Source: an uncultured Chloroflexia bacterium
Lineage (GTDB): Bacteria > Chloroflexota > Anaerolineae > CG2-30-64-16
DNA length: 64,000 nucleotides
Reading direction: 5' to 3'
Assembly (NCBI GenBank): GCA_963810095.1
Contig: CAWEMM010000012.1
Coordinates: 128,001 to 192,000 of the forward strand
This document shows positions 36,296 to 47,057 of the stretch, in pieces; the first letter of the stretch is position 1, and every line of letters begins with the position of its first letter. Under the pieces are notes generated by a model. That model was not told where the DNA came from, did no database searches, and was given only the letters and a program-made list of their open reading frames with translations. The translations under genes were made by a program, and so were the position numbers.

Positions 36296-36409
36296 CGGAC
36301 GCGCGACCTCCGGGAGGATTTCATAGCCGCCGCCCGGAGGTCGCTTCGCGCCGTGCTCAGTACGGCCGCGCGCGGCACGGGTGGTATAATGCGGCCACGG
36401 AAGGCGGCT

Positions 36410-39400
36410 ATGGCTTCTACCCCCCTGACTCAAGCGCCGGCAAAATACCATGGGTCACGACCACGCGTCGGGCTTCTATCCCATGGCGCGGGCGATCCCA
36501 ATAGCCAGGCGATCTGGGAGGGTGTGCAGAGTGCGGCCCGGGCGCATGATGCCCACGTCGTGTGTTTCCCCGGCAAACCGCTCGCGTCCCCGCACGGTTT
36601 CGAGGCCCGCGCCAACATCATCTATGACCTGGTCAGCGCAGAGAATGTGGACGGCTTGGTCATCTGGTCCGGCGCACTGTGTCATTGGGTCGGGCTGCCG
36701 GTCATCACGGCGTTCTGCCGCCGGTACTTGCCGCTCCCCATCGTCACCATCGGCCACCCCACGATCGAGGGCATTCCGGGCGTGGTCCTGGACAATTATC
36801 AGGGGCTGCACGACGTCGTCACGCACCTGGTCGAGTACCACAACCTCGCCCGGATCGCGTTCGTCCGCGGCCCCCAGCCCCAGCCGGAAGCCGAGCAGCG
36901 GTACCAGGCATACCTGGACGTGCTGGCCGAGCACGGCATTCCCTTCGATCCCCGGCTCGTCGCGCAGGGCGACTTCAGGGAAAGCGGCGGTGCGGCCGCG
37001 ATTGACGAACTGCTGGACAGGCGAGGGGTGCAGTTTGAGGCGCTGGTCGCTGCGAGCGACAACATGGCGCTCGGCGCAATGAAGGCTCTACAGCGCCGGG
37101 GTTTGCGTGTCCCGGCCGACGTCGCCGTAGCGGGCCTCAACGACGAAACGCAAGGGCGCTTTATCACCCCGCCCTTGACTACTGCGCCCTTTCGCAGCTT
37201 CGAGATGGCGCACCGGGCCGCCGAGATGCTCCTTGCGCGACTCGAGGCAAAGCCCGTACCCGACCGCGTTGTGCTGCCTTCCCGGCTCATCGTCCGGCAG
37301 TCCTGCGGCTGCGCCGATCCACTCGTCAGCGAAGCTGCCGATGTGCCGGTCCGACTGCACGGACGCTCGCCCGCTGCCGCGCTCGAGGCGCGCCGCCAGC
37401 TCATCCTTGCCGCGCATGGCCGACAGCTGGGAGCTGGCCCTCGAAACCGCGCCGGCCGGCCGCCTGGAGCAGGTGCTCGACGCGTTCATCGACGAGATGG
37501 CCGGCCGCACCCTCGGCTCGTTCCTTGCGGCCCTGGCCGAAGCGTTACACGAGGCGCTGCAGCGGGACCGCAGCGTCTCGCACTGGCAGAGCGCGTTATC
37601 GGTGCTGCGCCGCGAGTCGCTGCCCTACCTGCGTGACCCCTCTGCCTCGCTGCGCGCGGAAAGCCTGTGGCAGCAGGCCCGAGTGCTGCTCGGGGAAACC
37701 GGTCAGCGCTCCCAGGCCTACCAGGCGCTCGAGGCGCAGCAGGAAATCCGCGTTCTGGGCAGTATCGGGCAGGCGCTCGGCAACGCAGTCAGTATGCAGG
37801 ACCTGGAGCAGGCCATTGCCCAGGCGCTTCCCAGTCTGGGCATTCGACGGGCATTCCTCGCGCTCTACGGCGACCCTGCTGCCCCGGCTCAAAGCGCCCG
37901 CCTCGTCATGAGTTGCTGCGGCGAAGACAGCACGGAGCGCGCGGAGCCGGCCGCTACGACGGCGCCGGCCGCCTCCCTGGTTGCCGCCGCCCTGCCCCTC
38001 GACCGCCGTGCGGACCTTGGTCGTGGAACCACTCTTCTACCGCGACGAGCAGCTGGGTTTCATCGTGTTCGAAGCCGATCCACGCCTGGAGGTCGAGTAT
38101 GAAATTCTGCGTGAGCAGATTGCCGGTGCGCTAAAGCGTTCGGCCTTGTACCGCCAGGCAGAACAGGCGCGGTTGGTGGCCGAGGAGGGGCGCCGCTTGG
38201 CCGAGGAAGCTAACCTGCTCAAGAGCCGTTTTCTGTCCACGGTCAGCCACGAGCTGCGCACCCCGCTCAGCCTGATTGTCGGCACGATCGAAATGCTCAT
38301 GCGCAACGGCCGGCGCACCGATCTGCCCACGGCCTATCATCGCGACCTACAGAACATCCGCACCTCCGCGCAGCACCTGGCCCGCCTCATCAGCGACGTT
38401 CTCGACCTCGCCAGCAGCCAGGCAGGCGAGCTGCACCTGGTCGGCGAGCCGCTCCACCTGTGTGAGGTGCTCGCACGGGCGGCCATGCTGGGCGAGGTGA
38501 TGGCGCGCGAAAAAGGGCTTTCATGGGAGGCAGAAGTCCCATCCGATCTGCCCTGCGTGTGGGGCGACCGGACGCGGCTGCAGCAGATCGTTCTGAACCT
38601 CGTTAGCAACGCGGTCAAGTTCACCGAGCGCGGGTACGTTCGCTTGTGGGCCGAGGCGGGCAAGGAGCAGGTCGTGGTCGCGGTTACGGACAGCGGCATG
38701 GGCATTCTCGCGTCCGAGCAGGAGTTCATTTTCGACGAGTTTCGCCAGTCGGAGCGCACCGCTCGCCGGGGTTACGGCGGCATGGGCTTGGGACTAGCGA
38801 TCAGCCGCCGCCTGGTGGAGCTTCACGGCGGCACGATTGGCGTGCTTTCGACCGGCTCGGACGGCGCGGGTTCGACCTTCTATTTCACCTTACCCGTGCT
38901 TGCGTTGGACGGCCAAGTAGCTACGGACAACGTGGAGCGGGCCGGCGATGTGCTTGTGCTGACCGAGCGGCCGGCCATGGCTCAACGCCTGGGCCGCCAC
39001 CTGGTGCAGAGCGGTTTCAATGTCGAAGCCCTCGCCCCGTCCGACAACCCCCGTTGGTTGGCCGAGATCATTGCGGCGCCGCCCGGCGCCATCCTGCTTG
39101 ACTCCGAGCCGGGCGTCGAATCGGGTTGGGAGCTGATGCGTGTTCTGCGCCATAACCCCGGGACGCAGGACATCCCCGTCATCTTCTATAACCTGACAGA
39201 GGCGGAGGAACGCGGCGGGGCCCTCGCGTTGGACTTCGCTGCCAAACCGCTGAGCCCGGGTCCGCTTGCCGCCGCGCTGGCCCGCAAAGGCCTCAATGCA
39301 GACGGGCACGGCCGGCCCACCGTCCTGATCGTCGACGACGATCCTGGCATCCTCGCCCTGCACGCACGCCTGCTCGAAGAGGTCACGCCCCCGTGTCGTG

Positions 39401-40034
39401 TCATTACGGCGTGTAACGGTGAGGAAGCGCTTGCGCGGATGGCCGGCCAGCGGCCCGACCTGGTGCTGCTTGACTTGATGATGCCCGTCTTGGACGGTTT
39501 CGGCGTCCTGGAAGCGATGCACGAACGCGAAGGGCTGCGAGACATTCCCGTTATCGTGCTGACCGCCCAGATTTTGACGCGCGAGGACATGACCCGCTTG
39601 CAGCAGGGCGTGGCCGCCGTATTGAACAAGGCCCTGTTTACCGGCGCGGAGGTGTTGGACCGGATCAGCGAGGCTCTGCGCCGAAACCGGCGGCTGGGCA
39701 GCGAAGCGCAGCGCGTCGTGCGGCAGGCGATGGCCTACATGCACGAGCATTACGCCGAAGACATCTCGCGCGAGACCCTGGCCGAGGCCGTGGGCTTCAG
39801 CGATCGCTATCTGACGCGCTGCTTCCACACCGAGACAGGCATCACCCCCGTCGCCTATCTCACCCGGTATCGCATCCGGCAGGCGCGCAGCCTGTTGGAT
39901 CTGGGCGAGCTAAGCGTGACCGAGGTGGCGCTCGCCACAGGCTTCACCGATGCGAGCTACTTCGCGCGGGTCTTCCGCTCGGAAGTCGGCGTCAGCCCCG
40001 CGCCTACCAACAAGGGAAACGCGCTCCGGCATAG
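36410..40034 (+). CDS. Cytoplasmic hybrid regulator: LacI-type sugar sensor + HisKA + HATPase + 2 REC + AraC HTH (frameshifts near 37415, 38015, 40000)
   Basis: LacI PBP motifs (DNYQG, RIAFVRGP, ASDNMALG, PPLTT, RQSCGC); SHELRTPL; NAVKFT; DSGMG; VDDD..LDLMMP; AraC GFTDASYFARVF. Confidence 0.85.
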
Positions 40035-40124
40035 TTCCTCTCTTCCATTTATCCGCCTTTCGGCTCCATTTCTCCAAGACGCGGCAGCGTGCCAGCGCGT
40101 TAATACGCGTGCTGGAGCCTCCCC

Positions 40125-40544
40125 ATGCCCGTTGTCTGCCTAATCGCTGAAGCCGACCCATATCTCGCCAGCCTGCTCCTTCGCTTTGCCGAGGAGAGCG
40201 GCCTTGACGGCGTGCGAGCGCGCACGGGCGAAGAGCTTCTGGCCCTCGCACCGCAGGTCAGACCCGACGTCCTGATCCTCGAACCGGAACTGCCGGGGGA
40301 ACGTCGCGGTTGGGAGGCAGTGGCCGCGCTCCGTGCTGCAGAAGCCTTCGACGCGCTGCCGATTATCTGTTGCTCCTGGCTAAAGCAGGCCGAAGCCCGG
40401 GAACTCATGGGCGATTGCGCGTGGCACTTGCAGAAGCCGGACTTGCAGTACACCGATTTCCTGATCGCATTGGAAGCGGCCGGGGTCACCGCCGGTGACG
40501 GCCCGGGATCGAACGAGTCGGCGCCCGTGGTGATCCGCCGGTAG
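40125..40544 (+). CDS. Stand-alone receiver-like protein (phospho-Asp replaced by Glu)
   Basis: LIAEAD..PDVLILEPELPG..LQKP; GGAG RBS. Confidence 0.7.
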   Translation: MPVVCLIAEADPYLASLLLRFAEESGLDGVRARTGEELLALAPQVRPDVLILEPELPGERRGWEAVAALRAAEAFDALPIICCSWLKQAEARELMGDCAWHLQKPDLQYTDFLIALEAAGVTAGDGPGSNESAPVVIRR

Positions 40545-40629
40545 AAGGAGGCAGAATCCTCAATTCAAACCAAAGAGCTCAGCCACACGACCCTATCCTT
40601 GTGCATCTATCACCCAAGAGGAGGAGTTC

Positions 40630-42669
40630 ATGAAACGTCACCTGCACCTGGCGGCGGCGCTGCTGCTGCTGGCATCGATCGTTCTCACCGCGTCCGCGGC
40701 GCCCGCGCCGGTAACGGCGCCCGCAACTCAGCCGCCCGCCGCGACCCAGCCGGCCGCTGCACCTCAAGCCACGACGGCCCCGGCAGAGCCGAAGCCGGCC
40801 GCGGGCAAGCCGCTGTTTGTGGCGATCAACAAGAGTGCGGACCAGCAGTACTTCATCGACCTGCAGACGTCGTTCGTCGACACGGCGGGCACGCTGGGGG
40901 GCGAAGCGAAGAAGTTCGACGCCAAGCTGGACCCGAACCTGGGGGTGAGCCTGGTGAATGATGCGATCTCGGCCGGCGCCAAGGGCATTGCGATCACCGT
41001 CCCGGATCAGACGATCGGGCCCGCAATTGCCAAGGCGGCCAAGGATGCCGGGGTCGTGCTGATTGCGACCGACGACAGCATCAAGGACGAGGCCGGACAG
41101 CCCGTGCCGTTCGTGGGCTTCAACGGCAAGGACATGGGCAAGAAGGTCGGCGAGGCCGCCGCCAAGCTGCTGACCGACAGCGGCTGGCTCAAGGACACCA
41201 CCAAGAAGGTCGGCGTGTTGTCGACCGAGGTGCAGACCCTGTCCGTGTGCAACGACCGCACCGACAACGCCAAGGCCGCCATCCTCGCGGCCGGCGTGTC
41301 CGAAGCTCAGGTCTACCCGGTGCCCTACACCGGCGAGACGTTGTCGGCCCAGGATGCGGCCGGCCCCATCATCACCGCGCATCCCGAGGTCACGAACTGG
41401 ATCGTGTTCGCCTGCAACGATGAGGGCGTGCTGGGCACGACCAACGCGTTGGCGACCGCCGGCGCCAAGCCCGAGAACATCATCGCGGTCGGCCTGGGCG
41501 CTTACGAAGCCTGCAAGCCGTGGGCCGCCGGACAGCCGTCAGCCTTCAAGGCCGCACTGTTCATCTCTGGCCTCGACGTGGGCAAGACCGCCGCAACCGT
41601 GTTGTATGATGCGGTTGTCAACGGCAAACAGCCGCCCGAGGCCACCTTTGCTCCCACTTCGATCGTCGAGCCGTCCAACTTCAAGGACGTGATGGACAAG
41701 ATTTCGCTGGCCAACTGCTCGGTCGGCCAGGCAAAGCCGGCCGCGGGCAAGCCGCTGTTTGTGGCGATCAACAAGACCGCGGACCAGCAGTACTTCATCG
41801 ACCTGCAGACGTCGTTCGTCGACACGGCGGGCACGCTGGGGGGCGAAGCGAAGAAGTTTGACGCCAAGCTGGACCCGAACCTGGGGGTGAGCCTGGTGAA
41901 TGATGCGATCTCGGCCGGCGCCAAGGGCATTGCGATCACCGTCCCGGATCAGACGATCGGGCCCGCAATTGCCAAGGCGGCCAAGGACGCCGGGGTCGTG
42001 CTGATTGCGACCGACGACAGCATCAAGGACGAGGCCGGACAGCCCGTGCCGTTCGTCGGCTTCAACGGCAAGGACATGGGCAAGAAGGTCGGCGAGGCCG
42101 CCGCCAAGCTGCTGACCGACAGCGGCTGGCTCAAGGACACCACCAAGAAGGTCGGCGTGTTGTCGACCGAGGTGCAGACGCTGTCGGTGTGCAACGACCG
42201 CACCGACAACGCCAAGGCCGCCATCCTCGCGGCCGGCGTGTCCGAGGCTCAGGTCTACCCGGTGCCCTACACCGGCGAGACGTTGTCGGCCCAGGATGCG
42301 GCCGGCCCCATCATCACCGCGCATCCCGAGGTCACGAACTGGATCGTGTTCGCCTGCAACGATGAGGGCGTGCTGGGCACGACCAACGCGTTGGCGACCG
42401 CCGGCGCCAAGCCCGAGAACATCATCGCCGTCGGCCTGGGCGCTTACGAAGCCTGCAAGCCGTGGGCCGCCGGACAGCCGTCAGCCTTCAAGGCCGCACT
42501 GTTCATCTCCGGCCTCGACGTGGGCAAGACCGCCGCAACCGTGTTGTATGATGCGGTTGTCAACGGCAAAAAACCGGCCGAGGCCACCTTTGCTCCCACC
42601 TCGATCGTCGATCCGTCCAACTTCAAGGACGTGATGGACAAGATTTCGCTGGCCAACTGCTCGAAGTAG
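40630..42669 (+). CDS. Sugar ABC substrate-binding protein (AraF-like) with two near-identical binding domains
   Basis: Signal peptide, P/A/T linker, two 310-aa copies of a PBP type I domain (WIVFACNDEGVLG). Confidence 0.9.
   Translation: MKRHLHLAAALLLLASIVLTASAAPAPVTAPATQPPAATQPAAAPQATTAPAEPKPAAGKPLFVAINKSADQQYFIDLQTSFVDTAGTLGGEAKKFDAKLDPNLGVSLVNDAISAGAKGIAITVPDQTIGPAIAKAAKDAGVVLIATDDSIKDEAGQPVPFVGFNGKDMGKKVGEAAAKLLTDSGWLKDTTKKVGVLSTEVQTLSVCNDRTDNAKAAILAAGVSEAQVYPVPYTGETLSAQDAAGPIITAHPEVTNWIVFACNDEGVLGTTNALATAGAKPENIIAVGLGAYEACKPWAAGQPSAFKAALFISGLDVGKTAATVLYDAVVNGKQPPEATFAPTSIVEPSNFKDVMDKISLANCSVGQAKPAAGKPLFVAINKTADQQYFIDLQTSFVDTAGTLGGEAKKFDAKLDPNLGVSLVNDAISAGAKGIAITVPDQTIGPAIAKAAKDAGVVLIATDDSIKDEAGQPVPFVGFNGKDMGKKVGEAAAKLLTDSGWLKDTTKKVGVLSTEVQTLSVCNDRTDNAKAAILAAGVSEAQVYPVPYTGETLSAQDAAGPIITAHPEVTNWIVFACNDEGVLGTTNALATAGAKPENIIAVGLGAYEACKPWAAGQPSAFKAALFISGLDVGKTAATVLYDAVVNGKKPAEATFAPTSIVDPSNFKDVMDKISLANCSK
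40792..42663 (+). repeat. Intragenic tandem duplication, 930-bp units with 942-bp period
   Basis: Copies 40792-41721 and 41734-42663; about 15 nt differences by eye, mostly synonymous. Confidence 0.95.
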
Positions 42670-42823
42670 GCCTGGGGCCGTGCGCCACCGGGACACGATG
42701 AATCGAACCTGGACAATACTGCTCCGTCCAGCCCGATTGCTGCGTGTCCTGGTGGTTGCCTGACCATCACACCGGCGGCCCGGTTCGCACATTCCCACCC
42801 GGCCTCGCAGAGGGCATTCGACT

Positions 42824-44413
42824 ATGACCACGACAACAGACGCCGTTACCGAGCCCGGCGCTGCCGCCAACCCGCCCGGCACGCTGGAGATTCGCAACGT
42901 CAGCAAGGCGTTCCCTAATGTCCAGGCGCTCGGCGATGTCTCGCTCGACATTCGCCCCGGCGAAATCCTGGCCTTCATGGGCGAAAACGGCGCCGGCAAG
43001 TCTACCTTGCTCAAGATCATCAACGGCGACTACCGGCCGGACAGCGGGACGCTCACGATCGACGGCCAGCGCCTCGCCTTCTCCAGCCCGCGCGAGGCGC
43101 ACAAAGCGGGCGTCCGCGTCATTTACCAGGAGCCAGAAATCATTCCCGGCGTGGGCGTGGCCGAGAATATCTGGGCCGGCGAATTGCCCCGCCGTATGGG
43201 ACTCATCGACCGCAGGCGGCTCAACGAGCAGGTGAGCCGGAGCCTGGCGCAATACGGGTTCCAGGATATTCTGCCCACACACCTGCACGGCGACGAGCTT
43301 TCGTCAGCCCAACGTCAGCTCGTCGAGATCATGCGCGCCCTGAAATCCGGCCTGCGGGTCCTGGCGCTCGACGAACCCACGTCTTCCCTGACCGACGAAG
43401 AGGTGGAGCGCCTGTTCACGCTTGTCCGGCGGCTGCGCGATGAGGGCGTCGCCATCATTTACGTGTCTCACCGGATTAAAGAGATTCTGCGCCTTTGCGA
43501 CCGCGTCGCCATTCTTCGCGACGGGCAGCTCGTGGCTGTTCGTCCTGCCGCCGGCCTCACCGATGCAGAGATTGTGCGCCTGATGGTGGGGCGCGAGCTG
43601 TCCGATGTCTTCCAGCGGCACCGGGCCGGCTCGGATGACGAAGTGCTGCGGGTCAGCGAGCTCAGCAGCAACTGGCATCAGAACGTCAGCTTCCGCATCA
43701 ACGCGGGAGAGGTGGTCGGCTTTGCCGGCCTGGTCGGCGCAGGCCGCACGGAGCTGGCAAAAGTGATCTTCGGCGAGCTGCCAAAGTCGAAAGGGCGCAT
43801 CACGCTCGACGGCAAGGACGTGGCTATCCACCGGCCCGACGATGCCATTGCGAAGGGAATTGGTTTCGCGCCCGAAGACCGGAAGCGCGAAGGACTCGTG
43901 TTGATCCGCAGCGTGCTTGAAAACGCCTCCCTGGCGATCCTGCCCCAGCTCACCCGCTTTCACTTCGTCCGCCAACGCCTCGAGCGCTCCATTGCGTCCT
44001 CGTTTATCGAGCGCTTACGCGTCCGCACTCCCTCGCTCGAACAGGAGGTTGGCAAGCTGTCGGGCGGCAACCAGCAGAAAGTGGTCCTGGCGCGATGGCT
44101 GGCAGCCAAGCCGAAGCTCCTGATCCTCGACGAGCCGACGCGCGGCATCGACGTCGGCGCGAAGGCCGAAATCTACCGCCTGATCGACGATCTCGCCAAC
44201 CAGGGATTGGGGATCATGCTGATTAGCTCCGAGCTGCCGGAGATCCTCGGCCTCTCGGACCGTATCTACGTCATGCAGCAGGGTCGGATTACCGGCGAGC
44301 TTGCCGGACCGGACGCGACCGAGGAAAAAGTCCTGGCGCTGGCGATGGCCGACCAACTCAGTGCGGCTCCGGGCGGAGCCGCCACCACCTCGCTCGAGAG
44401 GAGCGCAGCATGA
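42824..44413 (+). CDS. Monosaccharide ABC transporter ATP-binding protein (AraG/RbsA-like)
   Basis: GENGAGKST, LDEPT, GLVGAGRTE, LSGGNQQK, RGIDVGAK. Confidence 0.95.
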   Translation: MTTTTDAVTEPGAAANPPGTLEIRNVSKAFPNVQALGDVSLDIRPGEILAFMGENGAGKSTLLKIINGDYRPDSGTLTIDGQRLAFSSPREAHKAGVRVIYQEPEIIPGVGVAENIWAGELPRRMGLIDRRRLNEQVSRSLAQYGFQDILPTHLHGDELSSAQRQLVEIMRALKSGLRVLALDEPTSSLTDEEVERLFTLVRRLRDEGVAIIYVSHRIKEILRLCDRVAILRDGQLVAVRPAAGLTDAEIVRLMVGRELSDVFQRHRAGSDDEVLRVSELSSNWHQNVSFRINAGEVVGFAGLVGAGRTELAKVIFGELPKSKGRITLDGKDVAIHRPDDAIAKGIGFAPEDRKREGLVLIRSVLENASLAILPQLTRFHFVRQRLERSIASSFIERLRVRTPSLEQEVGKLSGGNQQKVVLARWLAAKPKLLILDEPTRGIDVGAKAEIYRLIDDLANQGLGIMLISSELPEILGLSDRIYVMQQGRITGELAGPDATEEKVLALAMADQLSAAPGGAATTSLERSAA

Positions 44414-45546
44414 GCAGCACAAGTACCACCAACCCCATTGCCCCCGCGCGCCCCGGCGGCGCGCTCCGGCGTCTGATTGCCTGGATCGGGGCCGACAATC
44501 TCTCGCTCATATTCGCCCTGGTTGTCCTCGTGCTGTTGGTCACGGTCGTCAGCCGTTGGTTCGGGTTGGAGGGAGGCACGAAGTTCTTCTCCTGGCAGAA
44601 CCTCATGAACAGCCTCGCACAGGCCATCGTGATCGTGGGGTTGCTGGCCATCGGCGAGACCGTGGTCATCGTGGCGGGAGCGCTCGACATTTCGGTCGGC
44701 TCCATCGCCTCGGTTGGCTCGGTGACGGCCGCGTCGGTGCTGGTCGGGGTCGGTATAGGCTCCACCCTGGGCTTCCTGCCAACCGGCAGCGTCGTCATCG
44801 CGGTCCTTGCGGGCATCCTCGCCGGCGCACTGTGCGGGGTAGTCAACGGCCTCATCGTCACCCAGCTGCGTGTGAACCCCATCATCGCCACCCTGGGCAC
44901 CCTGGCCGCGTTCGCCGGCTTCGCCTTCCTGCTCGCGCCGGACGGCAAACCGGTCGGCGTGCTGACGCAGCCCGAGTTCACCTGGCTGGCCCAGGGCCGC
45001 TTCCTGACTTCGGTGTCGGTGCCCCCGCTTGGCGGCGCTAAGTGGACGGGCATCCCTGTCCTGACGGTGATCCTGGTCATCGTCGCCGCGCTCGTTCACG
45101 TCATCATGACCTACACCGACTTCGGCCGTGCCATCTATGCCATCGGCGGCAATGCCACCGCGGCACGTCTTGCAGGCATTAACCTGTCGCGCGTGCGCAT
45201 CCTTATGTACGTCCTGTCAGGCAGCATCGCGGGCCTCGCCGGCGTCCTGCTGACCGCTCGCACCACTTCCGGCAACCCGGTCAACGGCACGGGCCTCGAG
45301 TTGCAGGCCATTACGGCGGTCTTTCTGGGCGGCGCCGCGACCGCGGGCGGCAGGGGCACGATCTTTGGCACCTTCCTGGCCGTCATCTTGGTCGGCGTCC
45401 TCAACAACGGCATGAATCTGCTGGGTTTCAACACGTTTGTCCAGCGCATCGCCCTCGGCTTCCTCCTGGTTGCGGCTGTGGCGATCTCTCAATGGCGCCA
45501 GGCGCACGCCGAGCGCGTCCGCACCAGCATCGCCGCACGCGGCTAG
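44410..45546 (+). CDS. Monosaccharide ABC transporter permease (AraH/RbsC-like)
   Basis: DISVGS, PIIATLG, GRAIYAIGGN..AARLAGI, ELQAITAVFLGG. Confidence 0.95.
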   Translation: MSSTSTTNPIAPARPGGALRRLIAWIGADNLSLIFALVVLVLLVTVVSRWFGLEGGTKFFSWQNLMNSLAQAIVIVGLLAIGETVVIVAGALDISVGSIASVGSVTAASVLVGVGIGSTLGFLPTGSVVIAVLAGILAGALCGVVNGLIVTQLRVNPIIATLGTLAAFAGFAFLLAPDGKPVGVLTQPEFTWLAQGRFLTSVSVPPLGGAKWTGIPVLTVILVIVAALVHVIMTYTDFGRAIYAIGGNATAARLAGINLSRVRILMYVLSGSIAGLAGVLLTARTTSGNPVNGTGLELQAITAVFLGGAATAGGRGTIFGTFLAVILVGVLNNGMNLLGFNTFVQRIALGFLLVAAVAISQWRQAHAERVRTSIAARG

Positions 45547-45555
45547 GCCAGGAGG

Positions 45556-46827
45556 ATGAACATGAATTCACGGGAGCGTGTCGACGCGGCCCTGTCGCAC
45601 CGGGAGGGCGACCGCATTCCGCTGGACCTCGGCGGCTGCGGCCAGACCGGGATGCACGTCACGACCGTCTACAAGCTGCGGCAGGCGCTGGGACTGGACG
45701 TGCCGGGCACGCCCGTCAAGGTCATCGAGCCGTACCAGATGTTGGGCGAGATTGCGCCGGACTTGCAGGATCGCCTGGGCGTCGACGTCGTCGGCGCGAG
45801 CGCTCCCGGCACCCTGTTCGGGTTTCGCAACGAAGACTGGAAGCCGTGGACCTTCTGGGACGGCACGCCGGTGCTGGTTCCCGGCAAGTTCAATACGGAG
45901 CCCGACGAAAACGGGAACCTGCTCATGTACGTGGACGGCGACCGCAGTGCCCCGCCATCCGCCACGATGCCCCGCGGCGGCTTCTACTTTGACTCGCTCA
46001 TCCGGCAGGAGCCGATTGACGAGGCGCAGCTCGACCCGGAAGACAACGCGTCTGACTATGAACCCATCTCGGCGGAGGACCTGGCGCATCTGCGCGGCGA
46101 GGCGGAGCGGCTGCACCGTGAGACCGGCCGAGCGCTGATGATGGTCTTCCCGGGCGCCGGCTTCGGCGATATCGCGTTGGTGCCGGGACCGTGGGTGAAG
46201 CGCCCCCGCGGCATCCGCGACATCGCCGAGTGGTACGTGAGCACCGCCACCCGCAAGGACTACGTGACGAAGGTTTTCGAGCGCCAGTGCGAGGTTGCTC
46301 TAGGCAACCTGCCGCGGGTGTACGAGGCCGTAGGGGACCGGGTGACGGTGGCCTGGATCAGCGGGACGGACTTCGGCGCCCAGAACGGCTGCCTGATTTC
46401 GCCGCGCGCGTTCCGCACGCTCTACAAGCCGTTCTACAAGGCCATCAACGACTGGGTTCACGAGCACACGCCGTGGAAGACATTCATCCACACCTGCGGC
46501 TCGATCCAGCCGCTCATCCCAGATATCGTCGAAGCGGGCTTCGACATCCTCAATCCCGTGCAAACCTCAGCCGCAAACATGGGCCCGGCCGACCTGAAGG
46601 CGCGCTACGGTGACCAGGTCACGTTCTGGGGCGGCGGCGTCGACACGCAGCGCACCCTGCCGTTCGGAACGCCCGAGGAGGTGGCCGCAGAAGTGCGCGA
46701 GCGGCTCGGAATCTTCGGCAAAGGCGGCGGATTCGTCTTCAGCACCGTCCACAACGTCCAGGCGAACGTGCCGGTCGAAAACCTGCTGGCAATGTACGAC
46801 ACCGTGCGCGAGTACGGGGGCTACTGA
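45556..46827 (+). CDS. Uroporphyrinogen decarboxylase / MtaA-like methyltransferase family protein
   Basis: MNSRERV..DRIPLD, TDFGAQ, HTCG, LNPVQ, FWGGGVDTQ..GTPEEV, HNVQANVP. Confidence 0.85.
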   Translation: MNMNSRERVDAALSHREGDRIPLDLGGCGQTGMHVTTVYKLRQALGLDVPGTPVKVIEPYQMLGEIAPDLQDRLGVDVVGASAPGTLFGFRNEDWKPWTFWDGTPVLVPGKFNTEPDENGNLLMYVDGDRSAPPSATMPRGGFYFDSLIRQEPIDEAQLDPEDNASDYEPISAEDLAHLRGEAERLHRETGRALMMVFPGAGFGDIALVPGPWVKRPRGIRDIAEWYVSTATRKDYVTKVFERQCEVALGNLPRVYEAVGDRVTVAWISGTDFGAQNGCLISPRAFRTLYKPFYKAINDWVHEHTPWKTFIHTCGSIQPLIPDIVEAGFDILNPVQTSAANMGPADLKARYGDQVTFWGGGVDTQRTLPFGTPEEVAAEVRERLGIFGKGGGFVFSTVHNVQANVPVENLLAMYDTVREYGGY

Positions 46828-47057
46828 GCCGGACCCCTGCCGGTTGCACCGGCGCCTCGATTGAGCCGCGCTGAGCCTTGGCCGCGCGGCTCCTGTCGAC
46901 ATCCACGCCCGCTGCCGTTAGGGGCAGCGGGCGTGCTAGTTAAGCCAGTCGACGGCCAGTCGGACGCCGGTCGGGTGCGACCTTTCTCGCTGCCCTCGTG
47001 CCGCCCCCGTGCTATCCTGTGTTTCAATAGGTCAATCTGCAACCGGTGAGAAGTGTC

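Noticed and set aside
40792-42663. Duplication as a pure assembly artefact
   Set aside because: Differences are mostly synonymous, the junction is in frame with a unique 12-bp linker, and the two copies have distinct ends. Spanning reads are still needed.
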